A stretch of DNA of 64,000 bases, from assembly GCF_009914755.1 (NCBI RefSeq), contig NC_060926.1; one strand, 5' to 3'. Positions 1 to 19,363 of the stretch are shown piece by piece. Position numbers and translations under genes: made by a program. Under the pieces are notes generated by a model. It was not told the DNA's origin and ran no database searches. It saw nothing but the letters and a program-made list of their open reading frames with translations. Position 1 is the stretch's first letter; the number at the start of each line of letters is the position of its first letter. Source of the stretch: the human T2T-CHM13v2.0 reference genome, Homo sapiens.

Positions 1-13
1 TATAACTTAATGA

Positions 14-504
<491 letters not shown>

Positions 505-559
505 TAGACTTTCTCTTTACCAGCGATTCTAGTATGTTTTAACTGGAGAGAGGTAGGAT

Positions 560-805
560 ACAGTGGAGGTTAAAATGATGAACAGTGGATCGCATACACC
601 GAGTTTGAATCTGGCTTTCATTAATTGTGCAACTGTAGGCAAATTACTCAACTTCTCTGTGCTTGGGTTTCTTCATTTTTGAAAGGAGATAAGAAAACTG
701 TTACCTCCTTTGGTTGTGTTGAGGATTAAGTTAATTAGTTAATAATGTAAAACACTTAAAGTATGTCTGCTATGCAGTGGGTGTTGTATTCACATAAGCT
801 ATTTT
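560..805 (+). mobile_element. MIR SINE
   Basis: MIR core: gagtttgaatctggc...ggcaaattactcaacttctctgtgcttgggtttcttcat...gtgaggatta-like. Confidence 0.7.
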
Positions 806-946
806 ATTCACTGAAACTCTTAACTCAGAAGATTTTCCTTAAAAAGAAAAGCAAGCCAAAGTTACTATGAATCTCAGAATTACATGGAAATATTTTTTTA
901 ACACTATGAATTCTTTTATGTAGAAAATATAGAAATGTAAAAATTA

Positions 947-1577
<631 letters not shown>

Positions 1578-1596
1578 TAAGAAGTAAATTTTATCT

Positions 1597-1910
1597 TTTT
1601 TTTTTTTGAGATGGAGTCTCGCTCTGTCACCCAGGCTGGAGTGCAGTGGCACGATCTCGACTCACTGCAACCTCCATCTCCCAGAAGGAGAAGTGGTTCT
1701 CCTGCCTCAGCCCCCTGAGTAGCTGACATTACAGGTGTGCACCCCCACACTGAGCTAATTTTTTGCCGTTTTTTTTTTTTTTTTTTTTCCGGTAAAGACA
1801 GGGTTTCACCATGTTGGTCAGGCTGGTCTTGAACTCCTAACCTCAAATGGTCTACCCGCCTAGGGCTCCCAAAGTGCTAGGATTACAGGCGTGAGCCACC
1901 ACGCCAGGCC
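1597..1910 (-). mobile_element. Alu (AluS)
   Basis: Full antisense dimer; TSD agaagtaaattttatct. Confidence 0.95.
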
Positions 1911-2088
1911 AGAAGTAAATTTTATCTACTAACTAAATTTTTCATAAAATAGATGACAGTGTAATTTAATATTCCAATTAGCTAGAAAATTTAATATATG
2001 GAAATGTTTCCTTTGGCAATTCTGAAGCCTGTTTTCATAGTCTGCGTGGTGTATGTTTACTTAGCATCGAAGTTATCATCAAAGTTAG

Positions 2089-2400
<312 letters not shown>

Positions 2401-2517
2401 ATTAGTAGGTAGATTTCTAACCTAGGTTAATAAAATATTACATAAAGAGTAAATTATAAATGTGTGTCTAGTTTTACTTACATTATCCCGTTTAATCCTC
2501 AGAACTACCCTTTAAGT

Positions 2518-2654
2518 TAGTGGTTCTCTTTGTTTGGCCCCTAACCAACTTTACCTGAAAACTTGTTAGAAATGCAGATATACTACTGATTCAACTGCTG
2601 AACCAAGCCCTCCAGATTATTCTCGTGCACGTGGTAAAATTTGAGAACCACTGC
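2518..2654. mobile_element. MER5A (hAT-Charlie) relic
   Basis: TIRs agtggttctc ... gagaaccact; internal cttgttagaaatgcaga. Confidence 0.75.
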
Positions 2655-3419
2655 TATAACATATACAGACCAGGAATTACTTTTTGCATGTACGCTTTTG
2701 GAAATTTATATTCAGAGAGATTATGTGACTTAAAAAGTCACACAACTGATAAACCTGAAACTAGAACCCAAATGTTAAAAAAAAGCATTTTAGAGCCATT
2801 TTTGTGCTCTTCTGGTATAACCTCCGCAATACCACAAATTTAAGTAGATTTATGTTGACTAGGCTATTTTGCCCTCTATATATAATATTTATTATTTACT
2901 CAGTGGTTACATGACTTCATTATCGGTATTAGATGAGTTAATGCAGGCTGTTTCCCTATAAGGTTGCCGCTCAAAAGCTTCTCATTATTCCCATCTTATT
3001 TCATGATAGCTGTATCTATGATTCATTGCCAACAATATTTTTTTTGGTTATTTCAGTTAAAGAGTTATTTGTTGAGGACTTACTGTTTACACACAATAAT
3101 ATTAGACATTACATGTAATATAATGATGAATTATTATTCTTTTAAGCTAATGGGGCAGGGGTCAATAAGAGAAGTTTACAAATAACTATAAACAAAGAAG
3201 AGTATGACAATATCTGTAAGAGAGATACAAAGTTCTATGAGGTTTTCCCAAGAGGGTTTTACATGTTGCAAAGACCAGGAAAGACTTTATGGAGGAGATG
3301 TCTTTTCATATGGATAAAAGAGGATAGATATGGTTCCAACAGGTAAATTTGAATAGTGAAAGGATATACTAAAGGAAATTGAATAAGACAAAAGCATATC
3401 TGGTTCAAAAGATATCAGA

Positions 3420-3670
3420 GGCCAGGTGCAGTGAGCTGGGTGGATCGCTTGAGCCGAGGAGTTTGAGACTAGCCTGGGCGGCATGACGAAACCCCATTCC
3501 TACCAGAAATACAGAAAATCAGCCAGGCATGGTGGTGCACACCTGCAGTACCAGCTACCTGGGAGGCTGAGGTGGGAGAATCACTGAGCCTGGGAGGTCG
3601 AGGCTGCAGTGAGCTGTGATCACGCCACTGCACTCCAGCCTGGGTGACAGAGGGAGATTCTGTCTCAAAA
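3420..3670 (+). mobile_element. AluJ with left-arm deletion
   Basis: AluJ diagnostics (gaggtcgaggctgcagtgagctgtgatc). Confidence 0.9.
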
Positions 3671-3819
3671 GAATTTTTTTAAAAAGACATCATATCAGAT
3701 ATAGTGAAGTTAAGATAAAACATTATATAGGATTTAATTAAATAACTTTTGTGGCTTATGACCTTATTTGTGCTTGTATATATGAATGTGGTGGTTTGTT
3801 TTGTGTTGTTTAATTTTAA

Positions 3820-4059
<240 letters not shown>

Positions 4060-4284
4060 TGACTATAAATTATTTTTATATCTATTTCTCTAAGATGTTC
4101 AACTTATTTTTATATATAGTTTTCATGTTTCAGTTGTTTGCATATTAAAAAACTAATTATATTGTAATCTGAAAATCCTCTCAGTGGAATATTCACTTTG
4201 TCATACCATCCTCAATATAAAACCTCCCATCTTCTTGACTTGGTGGGTCTATGTGGCAATTCAGAACATTTCAACAGCTAATAA

Positions 4285-4440
4285 TAATAGCAAACTTTAT
4301 GTAGCAACCACTATATGTCAGGAACTAAGTACTTTTCATATATTGGCTTACTTAGTCTTGCAATAACTTCATGAAGTGGGTATTATTACTATTATCATTT
4401 TACAGATGAAGAAACTGAGTCCAGAGAGATCAGTAACTTA
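4285..4440 (-). mobile_element. MIR SINE
   Basis: cattttacagatgaagaaactgag core. Confidence 0.75.
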
Positions 4441-4713
4441 TAAAATAAATAGAAGAGTTGCTTCACAAATGTTTACTTATCCTTGAAAATTATTTTAATT
4501 TTAATAACTGTTACTTAAGTGGATTATTAGATTGATCCAGAGGTGTACTGACACACATTTGTTCTTGCAAACTACATGGTTTGTTTCCACCTAAGCCTTT
4601 CTCATTAAGAAACAAAATTTTAAATTATTTCTCTTTAATTTGCCATGTAATTAAACTAGAGTTTTAAGCATACCAATTATACAACTACAGATGAATTTCA
4701 GTCCAGTTTATTC

Positions 4714-5212
<499 letters not shown>

Positions 5213-5453
5213 TTAATGCTGAAGTTTTTGTACTTAAGGAATAAAATGATGCTCCAAAAACAAAGTATAGCCATGTTTTATTCTATAAGTTAATAGCATT
5301 ATTTTATTCTATAAGTTAATATTGCTATAAGTTAATAGCAATACTTACTAACATTAAATATTAATGCTAATAAATACTAACATTAATATTTAATGTTAAT
5401 AAGTTAACATTTTTAATGTTAAATGACAAACTATTCTTAATTTTCTATATTGA

Positions 5454-5687
<234 letters not shown>

Positions 5688-5967
5688 TAAGTTTTTTTCA
5701 TACCTTTCTCAGGCTGCTTTTAAAATATCTGTTATTTGATTCAGCAGGGCCTTCCTTGGATACCATATCTTACGTAGTTTTGTTGTTTTTGTCTCCCCGG
5801 GGCGTAGCACAGTTCCTTACTCAGTAAATGTTTATTGACTAAGTGATTAAGTTAATAAGTGAGTCCACGGAACAAGAAAAGGACACTACAGAAAATATGT
5901 GCAAAAGATTGTTTTTTCTTAAGGAGCTTAAATTTTTAAAGGCAAATGAAAACTAATTTCAGATATT

Positions 5968-6190
5968 CTTTGTTGTTTCTTTTGTTTGTTTTGTTCTGGT
6001 TTTTTGGTTTTTCTTTTTAGAAACAGAGTCTTGCTGTATTGACCAGGTTGGTGTGCAGTGGCTAGTGACAGGTGTGATCATAGCTCACTGTAGCCTCATA
6101 CTGGATGCAAGGGATCCTCCTACCTCAGCCTTCCAAGTAGCTGGAACTACAGGCATGTTTCACCATGCCCTGCTTCTAATTTTTTTAAAT
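5968..6190 (-). mobile_element. AluJ/FRAM right monomer
   Basis: Diverged antisense monomer. Confidence 0.8.
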
Positions 6191-6540
6191 AATTTTTTTC
6201 AGTACTTAATGACAGACAGTAGAATTTATGCCAGATGCTGGGAGTTTGGGGATATAAGATTCTTTGTCTTGATTAGTTTACAATCTTGTTGATAAGACAT
6301 GTATATAAAAAGATAAATAATAATATAAGAGCCATGCAGTATGGACAGTACGTTCAAGCAATCAAAAGGAACAATTATTTAGGGTTGACTCAGGAGGATG
6401 TCAAACATTCTAAACCTATTTTTTCTTTAAAATTTGAACATACCTATAATTCATATTTTAAAATGAAATAATTATTTCAGCATTTTATACAAGTATTATC
6501 CACAGTTCTTTCTTTGGTTATCTCTGGTATTTAATTTTAA

Positions 6541-6708
<168 letters not shown>

Positions 6709-7206
6709 TAACTTTGCATTATTTTGCAGCAGATACAAGTTTTCATTTATTTTATAAATGACGTAATTTTATAAGTAAACAATTTTCTTTTTGAAGTAAA
6801 TTAACTTCATGTTATCATAAGAAATTAGCATGTGAATGTTTTCTTAGTTCTTCGTGGTCTCCTGCAAATATGTTCTTTCCAGAGTCAAAAATGTATTACC
6901 AGAGAATAATTTTCTTATTAAGAACCTTCAATGATTGTGACCATTTCTAATTAATATACCATATTATAGAGTTTCTGAATCTTTTGAAACTTTCTGGAAA
7001 TAATTTTCTATAATTTGTTTAGGAGTATTCCAACAATGATTTGTCTTTAGTACACAGTTAACCTTTAACTAAGTCAAGAGATAGTTATCCTGTCTTCCCC
7101 TTTCAGATCATAACTTTGTCTGTCCTCCACTAGTAACCATTGACCTATTTAATTTGCTTCCTTGCTTTTCTTTTTTTTATTTTACCTCATGATTTTGTCA
7201 CAGTTC

Positions 7207-7362
7207 TTGATATATATATATATATATGTGTGTGTGAGAATAAGAGATCTCTATATATAGAGTTTATATATATATACACATATATACACACACATATATA
7301 ATTTATTTGTTTAACTGACAGAAAAGAAAAATATATATATTTGTTGTATAATATATATGTAT
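7207..7362. repeat. (TA)n/(TG)n/(CA)n compound low-complexity microsatellite
   Basis: Directly visible dinucleotide runs. Confidence 0.85.
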
Positions 7363-7389
7363 AATTTCCTTTTCTCTTTAATGGAAATG

Positions 7390-7680
7390 CATAGTGTTTC
7401 ATTGTATGGCTATTTAATAAAGTATTATCTGGTTCCTTATTGATAGACATTTAGGTTGTTTCCTGCTTTTCCATGTTATAAACTGCTGTTATGAATGTCT
7501 TTTTATGTTTTCCAATTTGTGGTAATACATCTGTAGGACATACTCCATGAAATAGAATTGCTGTTTCAAAGGGTATTAACGTTTTACATTTTGATGGATT
7601 TTTCCACATTGTCCTTCAAAATAACTGTACCAGTTTACATTTATACAAACAGTGTGTGTGACAGTGATTATTTCCCTATG
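7390..7680 (-). mobile_element. Old L1 (L1ME-like) 3' fragment
   Basis: gatagacatttaggttgtttc...tgtaccagtttacat. Confidence 0.6.
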
Positions 7681-8410
7681 TACTTAGCTCTGAGTATTTG
7701 GAGCAGGTCATATAAATTGATCCTTTCCTTTTCACGTATAATTAGAAACAGCTCTCAGTGCAGCTTGGTTTTATCTATTATTTATGTATAAAATAGATAT
7801 AAAATAAGTCATATTTTATGGAAACTTTAAAGTCAGCATGAAAAGTTTCTTTGCCAAGTAAAGCTTAATCTGGAAGAAAAAAATTGTTATTCTGCACCTA
7901 TAAAGTAACAGTTGCTCACTGATTGATATTGTATTAATAAAGAAAGAATCTTCACGTCATTGTGACTCCTTGCCTTCTGTATCAACATGTATTAGTACTA
8001 GTAATATTGAAGTCCTTACCAACATTGTTCATCTCTTGCTCTGAAAATTGTCAGAGCTAAAACTTCTGTTAAGAGAGATACTCAAAACCCTGGAAGCTAG
8101 AGTTCTTTTCATCTACATAGAAGTTTATTGACTTTGTGATAAAATTGTCTTAAAAGATCTTAACTGAATGTCTAAAGCTTTTTAAGAACTTGTTTTTATC
8201 TAAAAATTTTAATCAATTGGATAGTAGAGATCATACGTATTCTCATGTCACTGTTTACTATTCTAGCTAAGCAGTGGCATCCATCTTGCTGAAATTCATT
8301 TTCTGGAATTAAAGTTTAGTTTTTGTTCTGTTTGTATAATATAGACTTACTAAGCAATGTAGACTTTAGTGTAGACATACTGAACAAAAAAGTTTTTGCA
8401 AAAGCAACCA

Positions 8411-8690
8411 TGGCTCATGCCTGTAATCCCAGCACTTTGGGAAGCCGAGGCAGGCAGATCACAGGAGGTCAGGAGTTCGAGACCAGCCTGGCCAACATGG
8501 TGAAACCCTGTCTGTACTAAAAATACAAAAATTAGCCAGGAGTGGTGCTGTGTGCCTGTAGTCCCAGCTACTCGGGAGGCTGAGGCAGGAGAGTTGCATG
8601 AACCTAGGAGCCGGAGGTTGTAGTGAGTCAAGATCGCACCACTGCACTGGTGCGACAGAGCAAGACCCTGTCTCAAAAAAAAAAAAAAAA
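8411..8690 (+). mobile_element. Alu (AluS), slightly 5'-truncated
   Basis: Dimer with A-tail. Confidence 0.93.
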
Positions 8691-9169
8691 CTTAACTTTC
8701 CCTGAAAAAAACGAGACAGAAAAACATCCTTGGTATACTCAGTTTCTATCAAAATGTCTTATGTGTCCTATTCACTCCCCTAATGCTAGTGCCTAAAACT
8801 GTGCCTAGCACATAGTAGGTGTGCAATAATATTTCCTGAACAAATGTAGGGGGCTCATGGAAAGTATTTAGTTGAGAGGATATTACTCTATTATTTAACA
8901 TATACCATCATCCTATTCATTTTAATTTTTCTTTTTTATCTTCCAGCAGATATTTTAGTGTACTCTTACTCTGTACAATGAGTAATATGGAGATTAGTTG
9001 GAAACACAGTGCCAGTCTTCCAAATAGTTTATAATCTAATTAAGAATATAATCTTTTGAAAGTATATTCTTCTATAGTTTCTCATTAAATTACCTTATCA
9101 TTAAAATAACTGAAAATATTATTTTTGATATAAAGTACTATGTACTTTTTGAAGAATTTTGTATTCTAA

Positions 9170-9814
<645 letters not shown>

Positions 9815-10103
9815 TAATCCTTAGAAATATGTGAGCAGTTGTTAACAATTTCATATTGTATTCATGTTCTAAGTTTCATGATCTAAGGTTTAGAAACCTG
9901 GAAGTCACTAGATTGTGAGTTTTTTGAGAGCAAAGCTAATGTCTTACTCATCTTATGTCTCTAGGGCCTAGTAAAGTTCCAGGTTCATTAAGGACTTTAA
10001 AAATATGTTAAATGATTACAATGAGTATATGTAATGGTTCTTATGATGTGCTTTGAACAACTACACCCTCTAGTTATTTAAAATTACTTTATATTTTCCA
10101 TAG

Positions 10104-10280
<177 letters not shown>

Positions 10281-10675
10281 TAAGCATTTAGTTAGTGATT
10301 TTCCATCCTCCTTTTGGTGACAGCAGGAGTCTAAAATAACGTTAGTTATTGAACATTTATTCAGTATTCTGTGGATATAACAAGGGAGAAAAAGAGAAAC
10401 TTTGTGCTCAGTTCCTTTTCCTATCTTTTGCCGTATTAGTAGGATCTAAAGAGGAATCCCAAACTCATTCCAGTATGAGGAGGTTTAAGTCTTAAGTAAA
10501 TTTGGATCATAAGTGATTACAGGTTTTTTGTTTAAACTGTTTTCTTGCAGTATTTGAGGACTTGATACATTGTTTTCTACAGGCTTGTCCAAATTTGAGT
10601 GTTTCCGTGCTAAGAGAACGGAGTTGGGTTTTCATGATAATTATTTCTCTGAAGGATTTAGGGTTCCTTGTAGAT

Positions 10676-10914
10676 CAAGTTTGTCCAACCCACAGGTTGC
10701 AGGCCACACATGCAGCCCAGGATGGCTTTGAATGTGGCCCAACACAAATTCATAAACTTTCTTAAAAAATTATGAGATTTTTTTGTGATTTTTTTAAGCT
10801 CATCAGCTATTGTTAAAACATATCGTTAAAATATCATTAGTGTATTTTATGTGTGGCCCAAGACAGTCCTTCTTCCAGTGTGGCTCAGGTAAGCCAAAAG
10901 ATTGGACACCCCTG
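10676..10914 (-). mobile_element. MER30 (hAT-Charlie) full-length MITE
   Basis: TIRs caagtttgtccaa ... ttggacacccctg; 8-bp TSD ttgtagat/ctgtagat. Confidence 0.9.
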
Positions 10915-11193
10915 CTGTAGATAATAGGACTCTGTAATGGTAGTACACCGGGGAAGTATTACATCTTTTTTCCACAGGGCAAGACTCTCTGTAAGGCATA
11001 ATAAGGCTTTCTTCCCTAACCTTGCCAATTTCCAGCTTTAAAGAAACTAATTTAAGTATCTCATGAAGGATGGAATATGAATTATTGTCATAGCTTTTTT
11101 ATAGTCAAGTAAAACAGGAAACTTTTGACTTTTAATACTATGTATATTAAAGATAAATACTCCAAACATTTCAACGTTTCTCCATTGTTGTTA

Positions 11194-11825
<632 letters not shown>

Positions 11826-12123
11826 TAATATCTCTTTAAAATTATATTTTGGGTAGTTAAGAACTTTATTCAAAGAAAAATTTTGCACCCCCTCTTTTTA
11901 GAGCGTTAATGCTTAATCAGATTCAATAAACAAGGATAAGATGTGATGAATAGTCACAGATTTTTGTTAGCTATTACTAGGATGATTCTTTTGGCTTTTG
12001 TCAACTGAACATTGGACTAGCTTTTGAAATATTTGTGGTTTGTATTAATGTTGGGGAAAATTGATCATCAGTAAATTGAAAAACTGAATGTTTTTATTTC
12101 TCAATTTTTTTCCTTTGTGATAG

Positions 12124-12483
<360 letters not shown>

Positions 12484-13039
12484 TAGCTTATATTAGAAAC
12501 ATTGCTCATATCATCTGTATTGAATGTAACTACTCAGGTGCTAGGTAGCCTGTGTAGACTGTTTATATATGTGCAGTTTAGGGCTTGAATTTTTTAGAAA
12601 AATTATTTTTTAAATTATTCCTTTTAAATTTTTTCTGCTATTTTACTAATTCACAATTTTACATTTTATCTCATATTTTTTTTTTATTTATCACACACTA
12701 CCTACAAAGTACTAAGCATTGTGCTAGGTTTTAGATATGAAGATAAATATTGGTCACAAGGAATATTTATTATTTCTGTTTTAAATTTAAAATGGAAAAG
12801 GCTGAAAAAGTTTGATGTGAATTTTAGTCTCTCACTTTTCTAGTTACATATGGTACTTGTGAGAACCTGGGTTAGATTAGTCATGATAAGATTTTCACAG
12901 CTATTTACCTGGCCCTTTTTATTTTATTTTGATGTTTCCATTTTTTTATTTGGTGCAGGGAGGTTGGAGTGTGTCTGGCTTCTGATTTACATAAACTAGA
13001 TATAATATTAATAAGAACATGGAGAGGTTAAAATTCTGA

Positions 13040-13368
<329 letters not shown>

Positions 13369-13479
13369 CACTCTATTTTTAAAGGAGTATAGTCTGATGA
13401 TTCTATTTTTTATTTTTATTTATATTATTGTGAATGCTGCATAGAAGTAATTCTATTTTTAATAGATATTTATTTTTCA

Positions 13480-13892
<413 letters not shown>

Positions 13893-14258
13893 TTAGTACG
13901 TTACTTCTTTCTTGTTCTATGAATATATCTTTTTCAGATGTCATGTTTTCGGATGATTTGTGTTTTTTCTTTTTCTTACTATTATATAAAACTCATTTCC
14001 CTGTGTTACTAATAGGGTTTTTTTTTCCTTTCATCCTAAAAGTAACACATATTCAATTGTAGAAAACTTGGAAAATATGGAAAAGCTAAACAAGTATATG
14101 GGCATTAAAGTACACAGATGGTGGAATTTTGAATTATACAGACTTTTAAATGCAATTTTTAAATATATGAACTAAGAACTTAAAAAAAAAGATTATACTC
14201 TTTGTCTAGTAATTCTACTCTGAAACTAATTCTAAAGTAATATCTAAAATATGAAACT

Positions 14259-14515
14259 GGCCAGGCGCAGTATCTCATGCCTGTAATCCCAGCTCTTTGG
14301 GAGGGCGAGGTGGGTGGATTCACTTGACGCCAGCAGTTTGAGACAAGCCTGGCCATCATAACGAAACCCCATTTTGGGAGGATGAGGCATGAGAATCGCT
14401 TGAACCCAGGAGTCAGAGGTTGCAGTGAGCCGAGATCATGCCACTGTAGTCCAGCCTGGGCAACAGAGTAAGACTCTGTCTCAAAATAAATAAATAAATT
14501 AATTAATTAAAATAA
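14259..14515 (+). mobile_element. Alu with internal deletion
   Basis: Linker and start of right arm missing (accccatt|ttgggagg). Confidence 0.9.
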
Positions 14516-14846
14516 AATACAGAACCACCTTTATACACATAGATGTTCATTATAGTATTCTTTTTTTTTTCAACCTAGAAGTAGAATGAGGATAGCCTTT
14601 TTGGCTTTTTCATTAAATTTAGCCTAATGACTGCTAAAGTAGTTGCAGTTAGCATGCCAGATAGTTCTTTATTTTAGATGTTAGGACTTTTTTTTCTTTC
14701 ATTTGTAGTTTACCCTCAGTGTTTTTTAATTTGATGAAATTTCCCTAAACAAAATGTGTATTTATTTAGTTCACAATTAAGTATTCAGTGCCCATTCCAT
14801 AATAGGGGCTTTATAAGTACAAGCACAGCACCTACAGATAAGACAG

Positions 14847-14872
14847 ATTATTATTATTATTATTATTATTAT

Positions 14873-14910
<38 letters not shown>

Positions 14911-15194
14911 CAGATGGAGTCTAGCTCTATCACCCAGGCTGGAGTACAGTGGCACAACCTCGGCTCACTGCAATCTCTCCACCTCCCAGGCTCAAGCAAT
15001 TCCCTAGCCTCAGCCTCCCAAGTCGTTGGGACTACAGGCGTGTGCCACCACACATGGCTAATTTTTGTATTTTTAGTAGAGGTGGGGTTTCACCATGTTG
15101 GCAAGGCTGGTTTCAAACTCCTGACCTCATGTGATCCGCCCACCTCATCCTCCCAAAGTTCTGGAATTACAGGTGTGAGCCACCACACCTGGCC
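14847..15194 (-). mobile_element. Alu (AluS) with (TTA)n + T~35 tail
   Basis: Antisense dimer; TSD-like agat(a/g)agac(a/t)gatt. Confidence 0.95.
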
Positions 15195-15635
15195 CAGATG
15201 AGACTGATTCTGTCTACTAGTGGTTAGTGACCTAAAACATTTCTCACTAGCCTATTGTGTAATTTTATTCTCTCAGAAATAAAAACATATTTCCCTGAGG
15301 TTGTACACATTAAAGGCTAGAACAGGAACCTCTTTCTGTATAGGGGTTATAATAGAGCTGCCTGCAAACTTGTTTTATTTGGCTCATACATGTTAATTAA
15401 TTGCCAGTATTTAAGTATTAAAAATGTTACATAAAAACTAAGATTTCCCAGCTTCTTTCAAAAATAGGACTGCATGGTTGTTGATTCATTTAGTTGTATA
15501 TAGTGTCTCCGGTTAGCCTGTTCCCTACTCCCCCTGTTGCCTTAGCTCAGCCAATGATTCCCATCCCTGGGCTGCACATTAAATCACCTAGAGGAGCATT
15601 CTAAAAATACCTATGTAGGGCATCACCCATAGTAA

Positions 15636-15967
<332 letters not shown>

Positions 15968-16914
15968 TGGGCATCAGTATTTTTTGTAACTCCTCAGGTG
16001 ACCCTAATGCAAGACTATTTATAATGAGGGAAAAGAAAGCAATATATGTATGTAATATGTCAGTATCCAAAATTAAAGCAGTAGTCAAGTAAATTATCTT
16101 ATATTCATTAAAAGTACCTTGGTACTTTTAAATAAATGTGTAAACTTAGTGTTTATTTAATTTAATGACATTAAGTTAAAAGCAAAACATTGGATATTTA
16201 ACTTTTTATGTAAATAGTATTTTCTTAAACACATACCAAAAAAAAGCCCATAATATTACATTGGTATTTCCTGGATGTAGGGATTGTATGACTTTTTTTT
16301 CTTTAATTTATTGGACTCTTGGAATTCAGTTCCTTTAGTCGGATTCAAAAACTAAAAGGTGGGAAGAGGGATGGGTTGGGGGAAAATATGAGCAGGGTAG
16401 AGAAGTCAGAGCTTTGAGTCATGTTAGAGATCGTTTCCTCCAATGCTGTTTACATTGCTAAGATTTACATGGAAAGAGTACCTGAAGTCTCTTGTTGCCT
16501 TATCCTGCAAAGACCTGTGTGTACAGCCCAGACCAGCTTTTGGCACAAATACATTCTTGAAGTGGTTTCAGGTTCTAATACTTTTTAATTTTATTTTGCT
16601 TTTATTTATTTGGGAAGTAATATAGATCCAAGTGAGGATATAGGGTTAAGGGAGAAGGAGTCACAATATGTCATTTTTCCTGCTTTAATTTTAAGACTTA
16701 GATCTTTCTGTAGCCAAGGAAAAAGGAAACCCCTAGTGATCTAATTTACCTTTCCTCACTGGGGATTAAGGCCAAAGCTTAGTAGTAGTATACAGTATTT
16801 CTTTGTCTGGGCTTGTGCCCTGACTATGTATATTACTCGGGAATTTTAAGGGTAGTTCGGTTTCTGATCAAGGACTTGGACTCCTGTATACCTGTTCTTT
16901 ATGTATCAAAATAT

Positions 16915-17440
16915 TTTGATTTCAAATAACAGAAACATCAAGCCAAATTGACTTAGTTAAGAAGATTTTTTTGCTCATATAGTTTAGAATTTCATAGTTA
17001 AGGTGAGTTTAAGCAGGATTCAGTCAGGGCTCCAGTTCCATTTATTTGCTGTCCTCACAGCACCACTCTCCATCATCTGTCAGCTTGTGTTAAGCTGGCT
17101 TCCCTTATGGACACAGAACAGCTGCCAATAGCAATTAGGGCTGTATGCTACTTCTTTCATATCCAGAGAAAGAGAGTGCTTTTTCCTACAGCCATTGTTG
17201 GTAGACAGTTCTCCATGGGTCTCTTGTGTTTCTATATATCTTGAATAGTGACTCTGGCTGCCTTTGTTATGAACTAGATTTTTGAGGTTGTTCATATGAG
17301 CAACTTTGGAAGATAGAGGTTATGTCTTCCTCCAGAGAAAAGGGAAGATTTGTTTACTATCCAATATAATAAAGATAATGTCTCCCTCCATAGCAAAATC
17401 AGACAAGTTTGCTGCCCGGTATAAAAGATTTGGGTTCCCT
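16915..17440 (-). mobile_element. Old MaLR LTR (MLT1J/K/L-like)
   Basis: aaataacagaaac...ttgctcat...gcaggattcagtcagggctcc pattern; highly diverged. Confidence 0.45.
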
Positions 17441-17442
17441 TT

Positions 17443-17778
<336 letters not shown>

Positions 17779-18096
17779 CTAAAATGTGTCTACATGTGCA
17801 GACATCATCTAGTCCTCTTCATCTCTCACTGTGGGAATTGCACTTTGAGAAAACAATGCAAATGCTGATACTCTGGCTACTGCTATTGCTGTAGATCTTG
17901 GTCTCTGACTCAGGAGTCTTGTGTCTTCTGCCAATACCTGTGAAACTGTAGCAGCTAACCCTTTAGCTTGGAGGCAAAGTAACATCTGAGACCTTTCACA
18001 GTTCTTGACAGTTATGTAAAAATTCTGAATCCACAGAGCCAGGCAGAACTTGTGCTTTCACTAAATGTTTGCTTTAGTCTGCTCTTTCTCATCTAA

Positions 18097-18468
<372 letters not shown>

Positions 18469-18477
18469 TAGAGGTGA

Positions 18478-18696
<219 letters not shown>

Positions 18697-19020
18697 TAGT
18701 TTTTCTTGTTGATTTTAGGCATTTAATATTGATTAAGAGTAATACAGGCCCCAAACTTTAAAACAAGCAGTATTTCTTTTATTTGTCTAAAAATTATCTT
18801 AGAATTAGAAGAAAAACAGCTAATCAGTAACAAGATCAATTAATAGTAAAATGTTCTATATAGTGATTATGCAAAAAGTTTATTAAGCTGATAGTACGTT
18901 AATAGATCCCTCTAAGGAGGCTGGATACATACCATCACTTAGAGGGAAATTTACAGGACATAATGTTTATATTAGAAAAGAAAAAGGCATCAAATTTTAA
19001 GTTTCTACCTTAAGAAACTA

Positions 19021-19363
<343 letters not shown>

